NCBI GenBank assembly: GCA_019745575.1
Contig: JAIETA010000198.1
Span: forward strand, 9,031 to 73,030
Direction: 5' to 3'
Source of the DNA: Reyranella sp.
GTDB lineage: Bacteria > Pseudomonadota > Alphaproteobacteria > Reyranellales > Reyranellaceae
DNA length: 64,000 bases
This document shows positions 26,118 to 35,383 of the stretch, piece by piece. Both the position numbers and the translations under genes were made by a program. Each line of letters begins with the position of its first letter. Position 1 is the stretch's first letter. Under the pieces are notes generated by a model, which searched no databases, was not told the DNA's origin, and saw nothing but the letters and a program-made list of their open reading frames with translations.

Positions 26118-27371
26118 TCACCGGCTGACGCGCTTGATCACGCGCGCTGCCAAAAGCTCGTCGGGTGTCGGCACCCAGATCGTGTCGCCCGGCGTTTCCA
26201 GCACGCGCTGGGCGAAGTCGGGCGTGACGCCGGCGCTCATGGTGAGAAACCGCTTCATGTCGCGGTTGGCTTCGAACATGTCGTCTGCGTTCATGCCGGG
26301 AAAACTTGCCTGGTGGAAGCCGAGCTTGGCGCCAGGTGCGATACTGCGGTCGACGCCGCCGAGGAACGCGATGGTGCAGGCCGACGCGCATCCGGTGTCG
26401 ACCCGCGTGGCCAGCCGCCGGTTGCGGATCATGCGGCTGATGGCGAAGCCCGCGCCCATGCGCCCGCCCGGGCCGGCGAGCACGACCTCGCGGATCTTGG
26501 GATTCTGCTCCAGCGCGCGGCGAACGGTCTGGTCGCTGCCCATGCCGTAGGACCCGGTGATGTAGAGTTTCGTGGCGTCGGGGCTCACCGTCACGGCGAG
26601 ATCGTCGAGTTCGGGATCGCCCGAGTAGATGTTCCACAGCTCGGCCAGCGCCGGCACTGCACGGTCGTACAGCATGGCGCCGATGGCCAGCACTGCCGCG
26701 GCGGCGACCGTGGCGGCGGCCAGCGGCGCGAGCCCGCCGCCGTGGCGCCGCGCCGAGACCACGATCAGAACGATTTGCCAGACGGCAAAGGCTGCGCCGA
26801 CCGCGCACACAACGGCCGGCACCGCGATGTGGAGCAGCGTCGTCTGGGTGCCGCTGAACACCGCCAACGAGACACTGCCCAGGCCGAGCAACAGGGCAAG
26901 GGCTGCCCATACGCCGCGATAGTAGAGCGCCTGGGCGACCGGCGCGGTGCCGTCGCGCCACAGCGGCACGCCCACCGCCTCGAGATGGTCGCGGGCGCGG
27001 GCAAAGGCGCCGGTCGAGATCGTCTTGCGGCCGGCGCGATAGCCGAGCGTGGCGGCGAACTCCTCGGGCACTGCGCCTGGCCGCAGACGGATCTCGCGCT
27101 GGGCGACGGCGCGGGCGGCCGCCTCGGCGAAAGCCATCAGCGTCCGGGCATGATCGCCGTCGCGCGCCTGGAGATGATCGATCTGCAGGTGGCCGGCATG
27201 CTGGACGAGATCGATGACGGCAAGCGGTCCCGTCTCGCCGTCGATCAGGAAGGTCGCGCGGTTGTCGGCCATGGTGAGGGCGGGAATCGACGGCGCAAAT
27301 GCCGCGATGGCGGCGCCGTCCGCGAGGGTGGCGCGACGAACGCTTCCGGTGGGTGAGGACTCTGCAGGCAC
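26118..27371 (-). CDS. Membrane protein: weak GNAT-like N-domain + 3-4 TM helices + ClpP/crotonase-fold (COG3904-like) C-domain
   Basis: This is the C-terminal 417 aa of the 1141-aa track ORF. A GTG start is proposed at VPAESSPTGSVRRATLADGAAIAAF. The hydrophobic block is VWAALALLLGLGSVSLAVF...AVLAIGAML. The C-terminus LAGPGGRMGAGFAISRMIR...CASACTIAFLGG resembles periplasmic ClpP-like domains. Confidence 0.5.
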   Translation of the reverse strand: MPAESSPTGSVRRATLADGAAIAAFAPSIPALTMADNRATFLIDGETGPLAVIDLVQHAGHLQIDHLQARDGDHARTLMAFAEAAARAVAQREIRLRPGAVPEEFAATLGYRAGRKTISTGAFARARDHLEAVGVPLWRDGTAPVAQALYYRGVWAALALLLGLGSVSLAVFSGTQTTLLHIAVPAVVCAVGAAFAVWQIVLIVVSARRHGGGLAPLAAATVAAAAVLAIGAMLYDRAVPALAELWNIYSGDPELDDLAVTVSPDATKLYITGSYGMGSDQTVRRALEQNPKIREVVLAGPGGRMGAGFAISRMIRNRRLATRVDTGCASACTIAFLGGVDRSIAPGAKLGFHQASFPGMNADDMFEANRDMKRFLTMSAGVTPDFAQRVLETPGDTIWVPTPDELLAARVIKRVSR

Positions 27372-27452
27372 GCTGGACTCTCTTGCTCCCGAGCGCGCTT
27401 TCTCCGGCTGCGCCCCGGCTGTATGCTGCGGCACTTCTCGCGGAGCGTCCAC

Positions 27453-29576
27453 ATGTCCCCTGACGATCATGCCTATGCACCCGGTGCACGGGCCAAGACC
27501 GGCGACAAGGCCGGCCAAACGGGCGTTACCACCGTGCCGTCGGTCTGTCCGCACGACTGCACCAGCACCTGCGCCCTGGACGTCGAACGGCTGGATGCCC
27601 GGACCATCGGCCGCGTCCGCGGATCCAAGCGCAACGACTACACCGCCGGCGTCATCTGCGAGAAGGTCGCCCGCTATGCCGAGCGGATCCATCATCCCGA
27701 CCGGCTGATGCGGCCGCTGCGCCGCACCGGGCCCAAGGGGTCGAAGCAGTTCGCCGAGATTTCCTGGGCCGACGCGCTCGATATGGTGGCCGAGCAGTTC
27801 ATCGCCAGGGCCCGCGCGCACGGCAGCGAGACGATCTGGCCTTACTATTACGCCGGCACCATGGGGCTGGTGCAGCGCGACGGCATCAACCGCCTGCGCC
27901 ACGCGATGAAGTACTCGCGGTATTTCTCGACGATCTGCGTGACGCTGTCCGATACCGGCTGGATCGCCGGCACCGGTGCCAAGCGGGGCGCCGACCTGCG
28001 CGAGATCGATGAGCACTCCGACCTGGTGGTGATCTGGGGCGGCAACCCGGTGAACACCCAGGTCAACGTCATGACCCATGCCATGCGCGCCAAGAAGCGC
28101 GGGGCGAAGCTGGTCGTGGTCGATCCCTACCGGACGGGTACCGCCGAACAGGCCGACATGCATCTCGCGGTGCGGCCCGGCACCGACGGCGCGCTGGCGG
28201 TCGGCGTCATGCATGTGCTGTTCAAGGAAGGCTATGCCGACTGGGACTACCTGCGCCGCTACACCGATGCGCCGGACGAGCTTGCCGCCCATGTCGCCAC
28301 CCGGACGCCGGAGTGGGCGTCGAACATCACCGGCCTGCCGGTCGATGAAATCGTGGCTTTTGCCCGGCTCTTCGGGCGGAACAAGGCGGCTTTCGTCCGT
28401 TGTCACCACGGTTTCAGCCGCAGCCGCAATGGTGCGGCCAACATGCATGCCGTCACCTGCCTGCCGGCCGTGACGGGGGCGTGGCAGTACAAGGGCGGCG
28501 GCGCGCTCTATGGCCACACCGGCATGTATCCGCTCGATCGCACGCTGATCGAGGGGCTCGACGTGGTCGACACCTCGATTCGCGATCTCGATCAGTCGCG
28601 ACTGGGGCCGATCCTGACCGGCGATCGCGAGGCCCTGAAGAACGGGCCGCCCGTCACCGGCCTGCTGATCCAGAACACCAATCCGGCGATGGTCTGCCCG
28701 GAACTCGACCTCGTCCACAAGGGGCTGGCGCGCGAGGACCTGTTCACCTGCGTCCACGAGCAGTTCATGACCGAGACGGCGGCATTCGCCGACATCGTGC
28801 TGCCGGCGACGATGTTCCTCGAGCACGACGATTTCTACACCGCCAGCGGCCACACCTTCTTCCAGGTCACCAAGGCGGTGATCGAAGCGCCGGGCGAGTG
28901 CCGAGAGAACCATTACGTGATCGCCGAACTCGCGAAACGGCTCGGCGCCAGGCACCGCGGCTTCGACATGACGCCGTGGCAGATCATGGACGAAACGCTG
29001 AAGGTCTCGGGCATGTGGGACGCCGAGACCAACTGGCAGAAGGGCGGTCAGGACTACCACCTCGGCTTCGAGACGTCGCATTTCCTCGACGGCTTCGCCT
29101 GGCCCGACAAGAAGTTCCGCTTCAAGCCGGACTGGGCGGCCTGGGGGCCACGCGGCAAGGAGATGCCGGTGCTGCCCGATCATTTCGACGTGATCGACAA
29201 TGCCACGGCCGACAAGCCGTTCCGCCTGGTCGCGGCGCCGGCGCGGACCTTCCTGAACTCGACCTTCACCGAAACGTCGAGCTCGCTGAAGCGCGAGGGA
29301 CGGCCGACGGCATTGATCAATCCCGAGGACTTCGCCGGCCTGGTGCTGACGGACGGCGATCGCGTGGAGATCGGCAACGACCGCGGCAAGACCGTCGTTC
29401 ATGCCAAGGCCAAGGCCGGTCAACAGCGCGGCGTCGTGATCGTCGAAGGCATCTGGCCCAACCGCAACTTCGAGACCGGCATCGGCATCAATGCCGTGAC
29501 CTCGGCCGATCCAGGCTGGCCCAACGGCGGCGCCGTGTTCCACGATACCGCGGTCTGGATTCGCAAACTGGCGTGA
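27453..29576 (+). CDS. Molybdopterin-dependent oxidoreductase (MopB superfamily), cytoplasmic type; paralog of 19592..21649
   Basis: About 707 aa. The N-terminal Fe-S motif is CPHDCTSTCA...C. It is collinear with the other enzyme (PLRRTGPKGSKQF / PLKRSGPKGSGQF; VVDPYRT / VIDPRRT). An alternative start lies at 27423. Confidence 0.8.
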   Translation: MSPDDHAYAPGARAKTGDKAGQTGVTTVPSVCPHDCTSTCALDVERLDARTIGRVRGSKRNDYTAGVICEKVARYAERIHHPDRLMRPLRRTGPKGSKQFAEISWADALDMVAEQFIARARAHGSETIWPYYYAGTMGLVQRDGINRLRHAMKYSRYFSTICVTLSDTGWIAGTGAKRGADLREIDEHSDLVVIWGGNPVNTQVNVMTHAMRAKKRGAKLVVVDPYRTGTAEQADMHLAVRPGTDGALAVGVMHVLFKEGYADWDYLRRYTDAPDELAAHVATRTPEWASNITGLPVDEIVAFARLFGRNKAAFVRCHHGFSRSRNGAANMHAVTCLPAVTGAWQYKGGGALYGHTGMYPLDRTLIEGLDVVDTSIRDLDQSRLGPILTGDREALKNGPPVTGLLIQNTNPAMVCPELDLVHKGLAREDLFTCVHEQFMTETAAFADIVLPATMFLEHDDFYTASGHTFFQVTKAVIEAPGECRENHYVIAELAKRLGARHRGFDMTPWQIMDETLKVSGMWDAETNWQKGGQDYHLGFETSHFLDGFAWPDKKFRFKPDWAAWGPRGKEMPVLPDHFDVIDNATADKPFRLVAAPARTFLNSTFTETSSSLKREGRPTALINPEDFAGLVLTDGDRVEIGNDRGKTVVHAKAKAGQQRGVVIVEGIWPNRNFETGIGINAVTSADPGWPNGGAVFHDTAVWIRKLA

Positions 29577-30502
29577 GCACCGGCTTCCAACCGGCGGCCA
29601 ACCCGAGCATCGTCCAGACCCAGGCGGCGCGGGAACCGGGCCGCGCCCACGTGCTGGTCGTCGGCAACGAGAAGGGCGGGTCGGGCAAATCGACGACGGC
29701 GCTGCACATCGCCATCGCCTTGCTTAAGCAAGGCGCGCGCGTCGCAACGCTCGACCTTGATACGCGCCAGGGCACGCTTGGCCGCTATCTCGAGAACCGC
29801 GCGGCCTATGCAAAGCGAAAGGGCCTCGAACTCGCCATGCCGATTCACGTGGCGGTGCCACTATCGGCCTTGGCGGACCGCGCCGCGGCCGACGCCGACG
29901 AGACGGCACGCTTCGAGGCCGCCCTCGCGACCGCACGCGCTGCGGCCGACTTCGTCGTGGTCGACACGCCGGGCAGCGACACGCATCTCAGCCGGCTCGC
30001 CCATACCCAGGCCGACACGCTGCTGACGCCGCTGAACGACAGCTTCATCGACCTCGACCTGCTGGCGCGGGTCGACCCGGACACGCTCAGGATCCTGCGG
30101 CCGTCGGTCTATGCCGAGGCCGTGTGGCGGCAGCGGCAGCTGCGCGCTGTGCAGGGCCGCCGGCCTGTCGACTGGGTCGTGATGCGCAATCGGCTGTCGT
30201 CGCTGGCGGCGCGCAACAAGCGCGACATGGCAGTCGTGATCGAGACGTTGGCCAAGCGCATCGGCTTCCGCGTGGCGGCGGGCCTGAGCGAGCGGGTGAT
30301 CTACAAGGAGCTGTTCCTGAACGGTCTCACGCTGCTCGACCTGAAGTGCGGCAGCGCGTCGCTGACCTTGAGCCATGTCGCGGCACGGCAGGAGGTGCGC
30401 GATCTGGTGGCGGCCCTCAATCTGCCGCTGCCGGCAGCCCCTGGGCCAAAGGACGCGCCCGCGACAGAAGCATCCACGCAAGTCCCGCCGCCTGAAGAAT
30501 GA
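29573..30502 (+). CDS. mipZ: Division-plane positioning ATPase MipZ (ParA/MinD-like)
   Basis: VVGNEKGGSGKSTTALHIA, LDLDTRQGTL, VDTPGSD, PLNDSFIDLDLL, DWVVMRNRL and ERVIYKELF closely follow my recollection of Caulobacter MipZ. The start is uncertain: a GTG overlaps the upstream stop (GTGA), and a later GTG lies at HVLVVG. Confidence 0.8.
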   Translation: MSTGFQPAANPSIVQTQAAREPGRAHVLVVGNEKGGSGKSTTALHIAIALLKQGARVATLDLDTRQGTLGRYLENRAAYAKRKGLELAMPIHVAVPLSALADRAAADADETARFEAALATARAAADFVVVDTPGSDTHLSRLAHTQADTLLTPLNDSFIDLDLLARVDPDTLRILRPSVYAEAVWRQRQLRAVQGRRPVDWVVMRNRLSSLAARNKRDMAVVIETLAKRIGFRVAAGLSERVIYKELFLNGLTLLDLKCGSASLTLSHVAARQEVRDLVAALNLPLPAAPGPKDAPATEASTQVPPPEE

Positions 30503-31676
30503 ACAGCGCGCCGAACGACCAGGCATAGCCGTCGGGCGAATAGCCTGCCGCCGTGCGCGGCCACAGGTCGACCACTTTGCCGATGGCCCATTGGCCGGCG
30601 AAGATCACGGTGAAGACCACGAGGTTGCAGCTCGTGCTGACGCGGCCGGCGTAGTCAGGCGGGAAAGCGCGCGCAAGCAGCGGCATGTACTGGATGGGGT
30701 AGGCGCCGAGGAAGCCGAACAGCAGCCACGCCAGGACGGGCTGGAACGAGGGCAGAAAGGCCAGCCAGGCACAGACCAGCGCGAACAACGTGCTCACCAG
30801 GGTGGCGGAGGCGAAGTCGCTGACGCCCACCCGCCGGAACCAGCCGGCGATCACGCCGCTCAAGGCGAAGCCCAGGGTCATGATCGCGGTGGTGTAGAGC
30901 TGGATGTCGGCGCGCGCCGCCTTGTCGGCGATGCCGCCCACGTCGCGCAGCCACGGCCCGATCCACAGCGTGATGCTGGCGATGAAGGCAAGCTGCTGGA
31001 AGATGAGCAGCGGCTGGATGCGCCAGAAGAAACCGTCGGTCAGCACGACACCGGTGATGCGGAACTGCTCGCGCAAGGTGCCTTGGGCGCCGGCCGTGCC
31101 GCGCTCCGGCACCACGGTGAACAGGATCGCCGAGGTGACGAGGCAAAGGCCGGCCAGCCAGAAGAACAGGCCCTGCCAGCTGATCAGCGACAGCGACCAC
31201 TGGATCGGCAGCGTCGCCGCCATCGAGCCCAGGCCGCCCGCCATCATGTGGAAGCCGGTGATCAGACCCCAGCGCTCCGGCGGATACCACAGTGTGATGG
31301 CCTTGATGGCGGCCATCAGCCCGCCGGCGAAACCCAGGCCGATCAGCACCCGCGCCACGATCAGCTCGCCGAGCGAGAGGCTGAGGCCGAACAGCGCGGC
31401 GCCGAGGGCCGCCATGGCGAGCAGAACGGCCTGCACACGACGCGGGCCGTAGCGGTCGAGCATGACGCCCAGGACCGGTTGGCAACCGGCGAAGAACAGG
31501 AAGAAGGCCGAGGTGAGCAGGCCGAGATCGCCCGCGGTGATCCCCACGTCGCGTTCGAGGTAGGGGAAGATGACCGCGTTCACCCCCCGGAAGACGTAGG
31601 ACAGGAAATAGGCCAGGGCGAACGGCAGGAAGACCCGCAGCAGCAGCGTGGCGAAAGAGGGGGCGGGGACGGTCAT
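30417..31676 (-). CDS. MFS transporter
   Basis: 419 aa starting at MTVPAPSFATLLL. It has 12 predicted hydrophobic segments and the MFS loop motif LDRYGPRR. Its 3' end overlaps the mipZ 3' end by 86 nt. Confidence 0.75.
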   Translation of the reverse strand: MTVPAPSFATLLLRVFLPFALAYFLSYVFRGVNAVIFPYLERDVGITAGDLGLLTSAFFLFFAGCQPVLGVMLDRYGPRRVQAVLLAMAALGAALFGLSLSLGELIVARVLIGLGFAGGLMAAIKAITLWYPPERWGLITGFHMMAGGLGSMAATLPIQWSLSLISWQGLFFWLAGLCLVTSAILFTVVPERGTAGAQGTLREQFRITGVVLTDGFFWRIQPLLIFQQLAFIASITLWIGPWLRDVGGIADKAARADIQLYTTAIMTLGFALSGVIAGWFRRVGVSDFASATLVSTLFALVCAWLAFLPSFQPVLAWLLFGFLGAYPIQYMPLLARAFPPDYAGRVSTSCNLVVFTVIFAGQWAIGKVVDLWPRTAAGYSPDGYAWSFGALFILQAAGLAWMLLSRARPLAQGLPAAAD

Positions 31677-31752
31677 GCTTTTGGGGCCGCCTCGTGTTGG
31701 CGTTTCGGCGCGGCGCGCACCATATTGGGCGCATCGGGAGGGGTCAAAGTCC

Positions 31753-32457
31753 ATGGCGGACGATCGCAAGGTTCCATCGACCGAAGCCGGCGGAGCAGTC
31801 GATGCGTTCGTGAAGCAGGTCGGCCAACTGCCAACGAACCGCGCACCGGGCAGCCGTGGCCGGCTGCTGTTCGCGATGGACGCCACGGCCAGTCGCGAGC
31901 CGACATGGGATCATGCCTGCGCGATTCAGGGCGAGATGTTCGTGGCGGCCGATGCACTCGGCGGTCTCGACGTGCGGCTCGCCTTCTATCGTGGCTTCGA
32001 CGAGTTCAAGGTCAGCAAGTGGACATCCGACGGGCGCGAGCTCGCGCGCCTGATGAGCGCGGTGCGCTGCCTCGCCGGCCGCACGCAGATCGGCAAGATG
32101 CTGCGCTATGCCGGCGAGCAGCGGCGCGAGAGCCGGATCGACGCCGTGGTGTTCGTTGGCGATTGCTGCGAGGAAGATGTCGATGCGGTCGGTCACGAAG
32201 CGGGGCAGCTTGGGCTGCTCGGACTGCCCGTGTTCGTCTTTCAGGAAGGCGACGACCGTGTGGCCTCGCGGGTTTTCCCTCAGATCGCCAAGCTGACGCG
32301 CGGGGCCTATTGCAAGTTCGACCGGACGAGCCCCGACCAGCTGAAGCGCCTGCTGGGCGCGGTTGCCGCCTATGCTGCCGGCGGCCGCTCGGCGTTGTTG
32401 AAGTATGGCAAGGATCAGGGTGGCGCCGCGGCCCTTCTCACGAACCAGATGAAATGA
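31753..32457 (+). CDS. VWA (von Willebrand factor A-like) domain protein
   Basis: 234 aa starting at MADDRKV. It has a MIDAS-like segment LLFAMDATASREP and later VVFVGDCCEED. The assignment is from recall of a conserved alphaproteobacterial VWA family. Confidence 0.5.
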   Translation: MADDRKVPSTEAGGAVDAFVKQVGQLPTNRAPGSRGRLLFAMDATASREPTWDHACAIQGEMFVAADALGGLDVRLAFYRGFDEFKVSKWTSDGRELARLMSAVRCLAGRTQIGKMLRYAGEQRRESRIDAVVFVGDCCEEDVDAVGHEAGQLGLLGLPVFVFQEGDDRVASRVFPQIAKLTRGAYCKFDRTSPDQLKRLLGAVAAYAAGGRSALLKYGKDQGGAAALLTNQMK

Positions 32458-33653
32458 CCGCCGAACTGACCGCTACCGTCGAGGCCTTCTTCGAGATTGA
32501 AATCCTGCCGCGGCACCGAGACTGGTCGGCACATGTGGCCGCCCGGCGCGGATCACCGCCGTTCCTGGCCGGGTTGCGCGCCAAGGCGCGCGCCGCGGGG
32601 CTATGGAACCTCGGCCTGCCGGACCGCCTGAGCAATCGCGCCTATGCGCCGATCGCCGAGATCACCGGCCGCCTGCCGTGGGCGCCCGAGGTCTTCAACT
32701 GCCAGGCGCCGGACGTGCCCAACATGATCATGCTGCAGCATGCCGCGACACCGGCGCAGCAAAAGCGCTGGCTGGAACCGCTGCTCGAAGGTCGGACCCG
32801 GTCGGCCTTCGGCATGACAGAGCCGGACGTCGCCTCGTCCGACGCCACCAACATTGCCACGACCCTGCGCCGCGACGGCAGCGAGTGGGTCGTGAACGGC
32901 CGCAAGTGGTACATCACCGGCGGCGCCCATCCCGACTGCGCCTTCGTCATCGTGATGGGCGTGTCGCGGCCCGAGGCGGCGCGCACGGGACGGCACTCCT
33001 GCGTGATCGTGCCGATGGCGACGCCCGGCCTGCGGGTCGTGCGCGAACTGCGCTTCATGGGCTGGGAGGACAGCATCGCGCCGATCGCCGAGTTGGACTT
33101 CACGGACGTACGCGTGCCGCTCGACAATCTGCTGGGCGCGGAAGGCGAGGGCTTCGCCGCGGCGCAGGTTCGCCTGGGGCCGGCCCGTCTGCACCACTGC
33201 ATGCGCGCCATCGGCGCCTGCGAGGTGCTGGTCGAGCTGATGATGGCGCGCGCGGCCGAGCGGCGCTCCTTCGGCCGTGCGGTGATCGACTACGACGCCA
33301 CGCAGCAGGCCATTGCGCGGTCGCGCATTGAGATCGAGCAGGCGCGCCTGCTGGTTCTGCAGGCAGCCGATCGGCTCGACCGCGAGGGCCACCAGGCGGC
33401 CTGGCGCGACGTTTCGATGGCGAAGGTGGCGGTGCCGGAGGCCGCCCAGCGCATCGCGGACCGCGCGATGCAGATTTTCGGCGCCATGGGCGGCAGCGAC
33501 GACGCGCCGATCCATCGCGCCTTCGCCACGGCGCGCATGCTGCGCATTGCCGACGGGCCGGACGAGGTGCACCTGCGCCAGATCTTCCGCCAGGAGCCGC
33601 CGGCGCGCTGGAGCGTGGCCGACTCGCCCTACATCACGCGGCCAGACAGCTAG
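32454..33653 (+). CDS. Acyl-CoA dehydrogenase family protein
   Basis: 399 aa. Its ATG overlaps the upstream stop (ATGA). It has FGMTEPDVASSDATNI, WVVNGRKWYITGG and IADGPDEVHLRQI, typical of ACADs. Confidence 0.8.
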   Translation: MTAELTATVEAFFEIEILPRHRDWSAHVAARRGSPPFLAGLRAKARAAGLWNLGLPDRLSNRAYAPIAEITGRLPWAPEVFNCQAPDVPNMIMLQHAATPAQQKRWLEPLLEGRTRSAFGMTEPDVASSDATNIATTLRRDGSEWVVNGRKWYITGGAHPDCAFVIVMGVSRPEAARTGRHSCVIVPMATPGLRVVRELRFMGWEDSIAPIAELDFTDVRVPLDNLLGAEGEGFAAAQVRLGPARLHHCMRAIGACEVLVELMMARAAERRSFGRAVIDYDATQQAIARSRIEIEQARLLVLQAADRLDREGHQAAWRDVSMAKVAVPEAAQRIADRAMQIFGAMGGSDDAPIHRAFATARMLRIADGPDEVHLRQIFRQEPPARWSVADSPYITRPDS

Positions 33654-34399
33654 GCACCGAGCAGGCGTGCGGTCCAACCGCCGGGCAGGACACTGCCCAG
33701 CCAGACCGCGGCCTTGGTGCCGAGCGGGAAGGCGATGCGTGCGCGGTTGGCGGCAAGGCCCCGGCGGATAGTCGCCGAGGCTCTTGCCGAGGACATCAGA
33801 AACGGCATCGGGAAGGGCGCGCTGGCCGTCAGTCGGCTGACCACGAAGCCCGGGCAGATGACGCTGACGCCGATGCCGTGCTTCTTCAGTACGTAGCGGA
33901 TGCTCTCGCCCCAGACGCGAACCGCAGCCTTGCTGGCGTTGTATGAGGCCGAATAGGGCAGGCCGATGAAGCCGGCCAGCGAGGATACGACGGCGATCTG
34001 GCCGCGCTTGCGGGCCATCAGCCGCGGCATCAGTGGCTCGATGGTGTTGAGCACGCCGCCAACATTGACGTCGAGCGTCTTGCGAATGATCGAGAAGTCG
34101 TCGAGCGAGGAGTTGTCCTTGTCGATCGAGATGCCGGCGTTCGCCACGATGAGGTCGACGGGATGGGCGTCATCGACGGTGGCGAGCCAGGCGGCAAGCG
34201 CCTCGCGGTCGACGACATCGATGGCGCCGGCCATCACCGTGGCGCCTTTTGCCCGGCAGGCCTGGGCGACAGCTTCCAGACGCGCGGCGTCGCGGCCGGT
34301 CAGCGCCAGCGCCACGCCGGGGGCGGCATAGTCGAGCGCCATTGCCTCGCCGATGCCGCTCGAGGCGCCGGTGATGACGATGCTTGAAAAATTCTTCAT
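33650..34399 (-). CDS. SDR-family oxidoreductase
   Basis: 249 aa. It has ITGASSGIGEA, NAGI and YSASYNASKAA. Confidence 0.85.
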   Translation of the reverse strand: MKNFSSIVITGASSGIGEAMALDYAAPGVALALTGRDAARLEAVAQACRAKGATVMAGAIDVVDREALAAWLATVDDAHPVDLIVANAGISIDKDNSSLDDFSIIRKTLDVNVGGVLNTIEPLMPRLMARKRGQIAVVSSLAGFIGLPYSASYNASKAAVRVWGESIRYVLKKHGIGVSVICPGFVVSRLTASAPFPMPFLMSSARASATIRRGLAANRARIAFPLGTKAAVWLGSVLPGGWTARLLGA

Positions 34400-34477
34400 G
34401 GGATAACCTTCCGGCGCCGCGCGTTGTCTGGACTCGGGGCCGATACTAGAGTGCCTCGCCGCATCGCGGCCAGTGGA

Positions 34478-35383
34478 GTGGATGTCTTGATTGCAAGTAT
34501 GACGGGATACGCCCGGGCGCAGGGTTCGGATGACCGGCGGCGCTGGGTCTGGGAGGCGCGCAGCGTCAACGGACGCAATCTCGAAATCCGCTGCCGGGTG
34601 CCGCAGGGCTTCGACCGGCTGGAGAATCCGGCGCGCGTCGCGGTCGGCGGCCGGCTGAAGCGGGGCAACGTCTCCCTCACCCTGACCCTCACCAGCGAGC
34701 GCCAGGGCAAGCCGTTGCGCATCAACCGTGCCTTGCTCGCCGACCTCGCCACCCTGGTCGAGGAAGTCCGCCGGACCACCGGTGCGGCGGCGCCGTCGGC
34801 TGACGGGCTGCTGCGCGTGCGCGGGGTGATCGAGGAGGAGGACGAGGGCGAAGAGACGGAAGAGGCCGTCGCCGCCCTCGACAAGGCGCTGATGACGACG
34901 CTGGGCGAGGTGTTGGAGGCGCTGGCGGCAGCACGGGCCGCCGAGGGCAGGGCGCTGGCACGCGTCATCGACGGCCATGTCACCGAGATCGAAGGACTGT
35001 GCAAGCGCGCCGCGGACCGGGCGCAGGCGCAGATCGGCACGGTGCGGACACGTTTCGAAGGCCAGCTTGCCGAGCTGCTGGACCGGACGCCGGCGCTGTC
35101 GGAGGAACGCTTCGCCCAGGAAGTGGCATTGGCGGTCGGCAAGGCGGACGTGCGCGAGGAACTCGATCGCCTGGCCGCCCACATCGCCCAGGCGCGGACG
35201 CTGCTGGCCGACGCCAGGCCGGACAACCCGGTCGGCCGCAAGTTCGATTTCCTCTGTCAGGAGTTCAATCGCGAGGCCAATACGCTGTGCTCGAAGTCGG
35301 CCGACATCGAGCTGACGCGCATCGGCATCGACCTCAAGGGCGCCGTCGAGCGCATGCGGGAGCAGGTCCAGAATGTCGAATGA
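34478..35383 (+). CDS. YicC-family stress-induced protein
   Basis: It has SMTGYARAQG near the N-terminus and a C-terminal DFLCQEFNREANTLCSKS...REQVQNVE. The start is uncertain (GTG 34478, ATG 34499 or ATG 34424). Confidence 0.8.
   Translation: MDVLIASMTGYARAQGSDDRRRWVWEARSVNGRNLEIRCRVPQGFDRLENPARVAVGGRLKRGNVSLTLTLTSERQGKPLRINRALLADLATLVEEVRRTTGAAAPSADGLLRVRGVIEEEDEGEETEEAVAALDKALMTTLGEVLEALAAARAAEGRALARVIDGHVTEIEGLCKRAADRAQAQIGTVRTRFEGQLAELLDRTPALSEERFAQEVALAVGKADVREELDRLAAHIAQARTLLADARPDNPVGRKFDFLCQEFNREANTLCSKSADIELTRIGIDLKGAVERMREQVQNVE

Noticed and set aside
27372-29543. The upstream 724 aa of the 1141-aa track ORF 26118..29543(-).
   Set aside because: This part is antisense to the well-supported molybdopterin oxidoreductase 27453..29576(+) and has shadow-ORF composition. 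Only the 3' portion (26118..27371) has coherent domain structure.
30417-30502. 86-nt convergent overlap of the mipZ and MFS transporter 3' ends.
   Set aside because: Both stop codons are fixed, so the overlap is real in the sequence. The overlapping tails are low-complexity Pro/Ala-rich C-termini, so this is most likely benign rather than regulatory.
30375-32453. N-terminal extensions of the long track ORFs 30375..33653(+), 38840..41173(+), 4913..6958(+), 28400..30502(+) and 56416..58701(+).
   Set aside because: The upstream parts overlap better-supported genes on the other strand or frame. Real products start at internal ATG/GTG codons, several with SD-like sequences or start/stop coupling.
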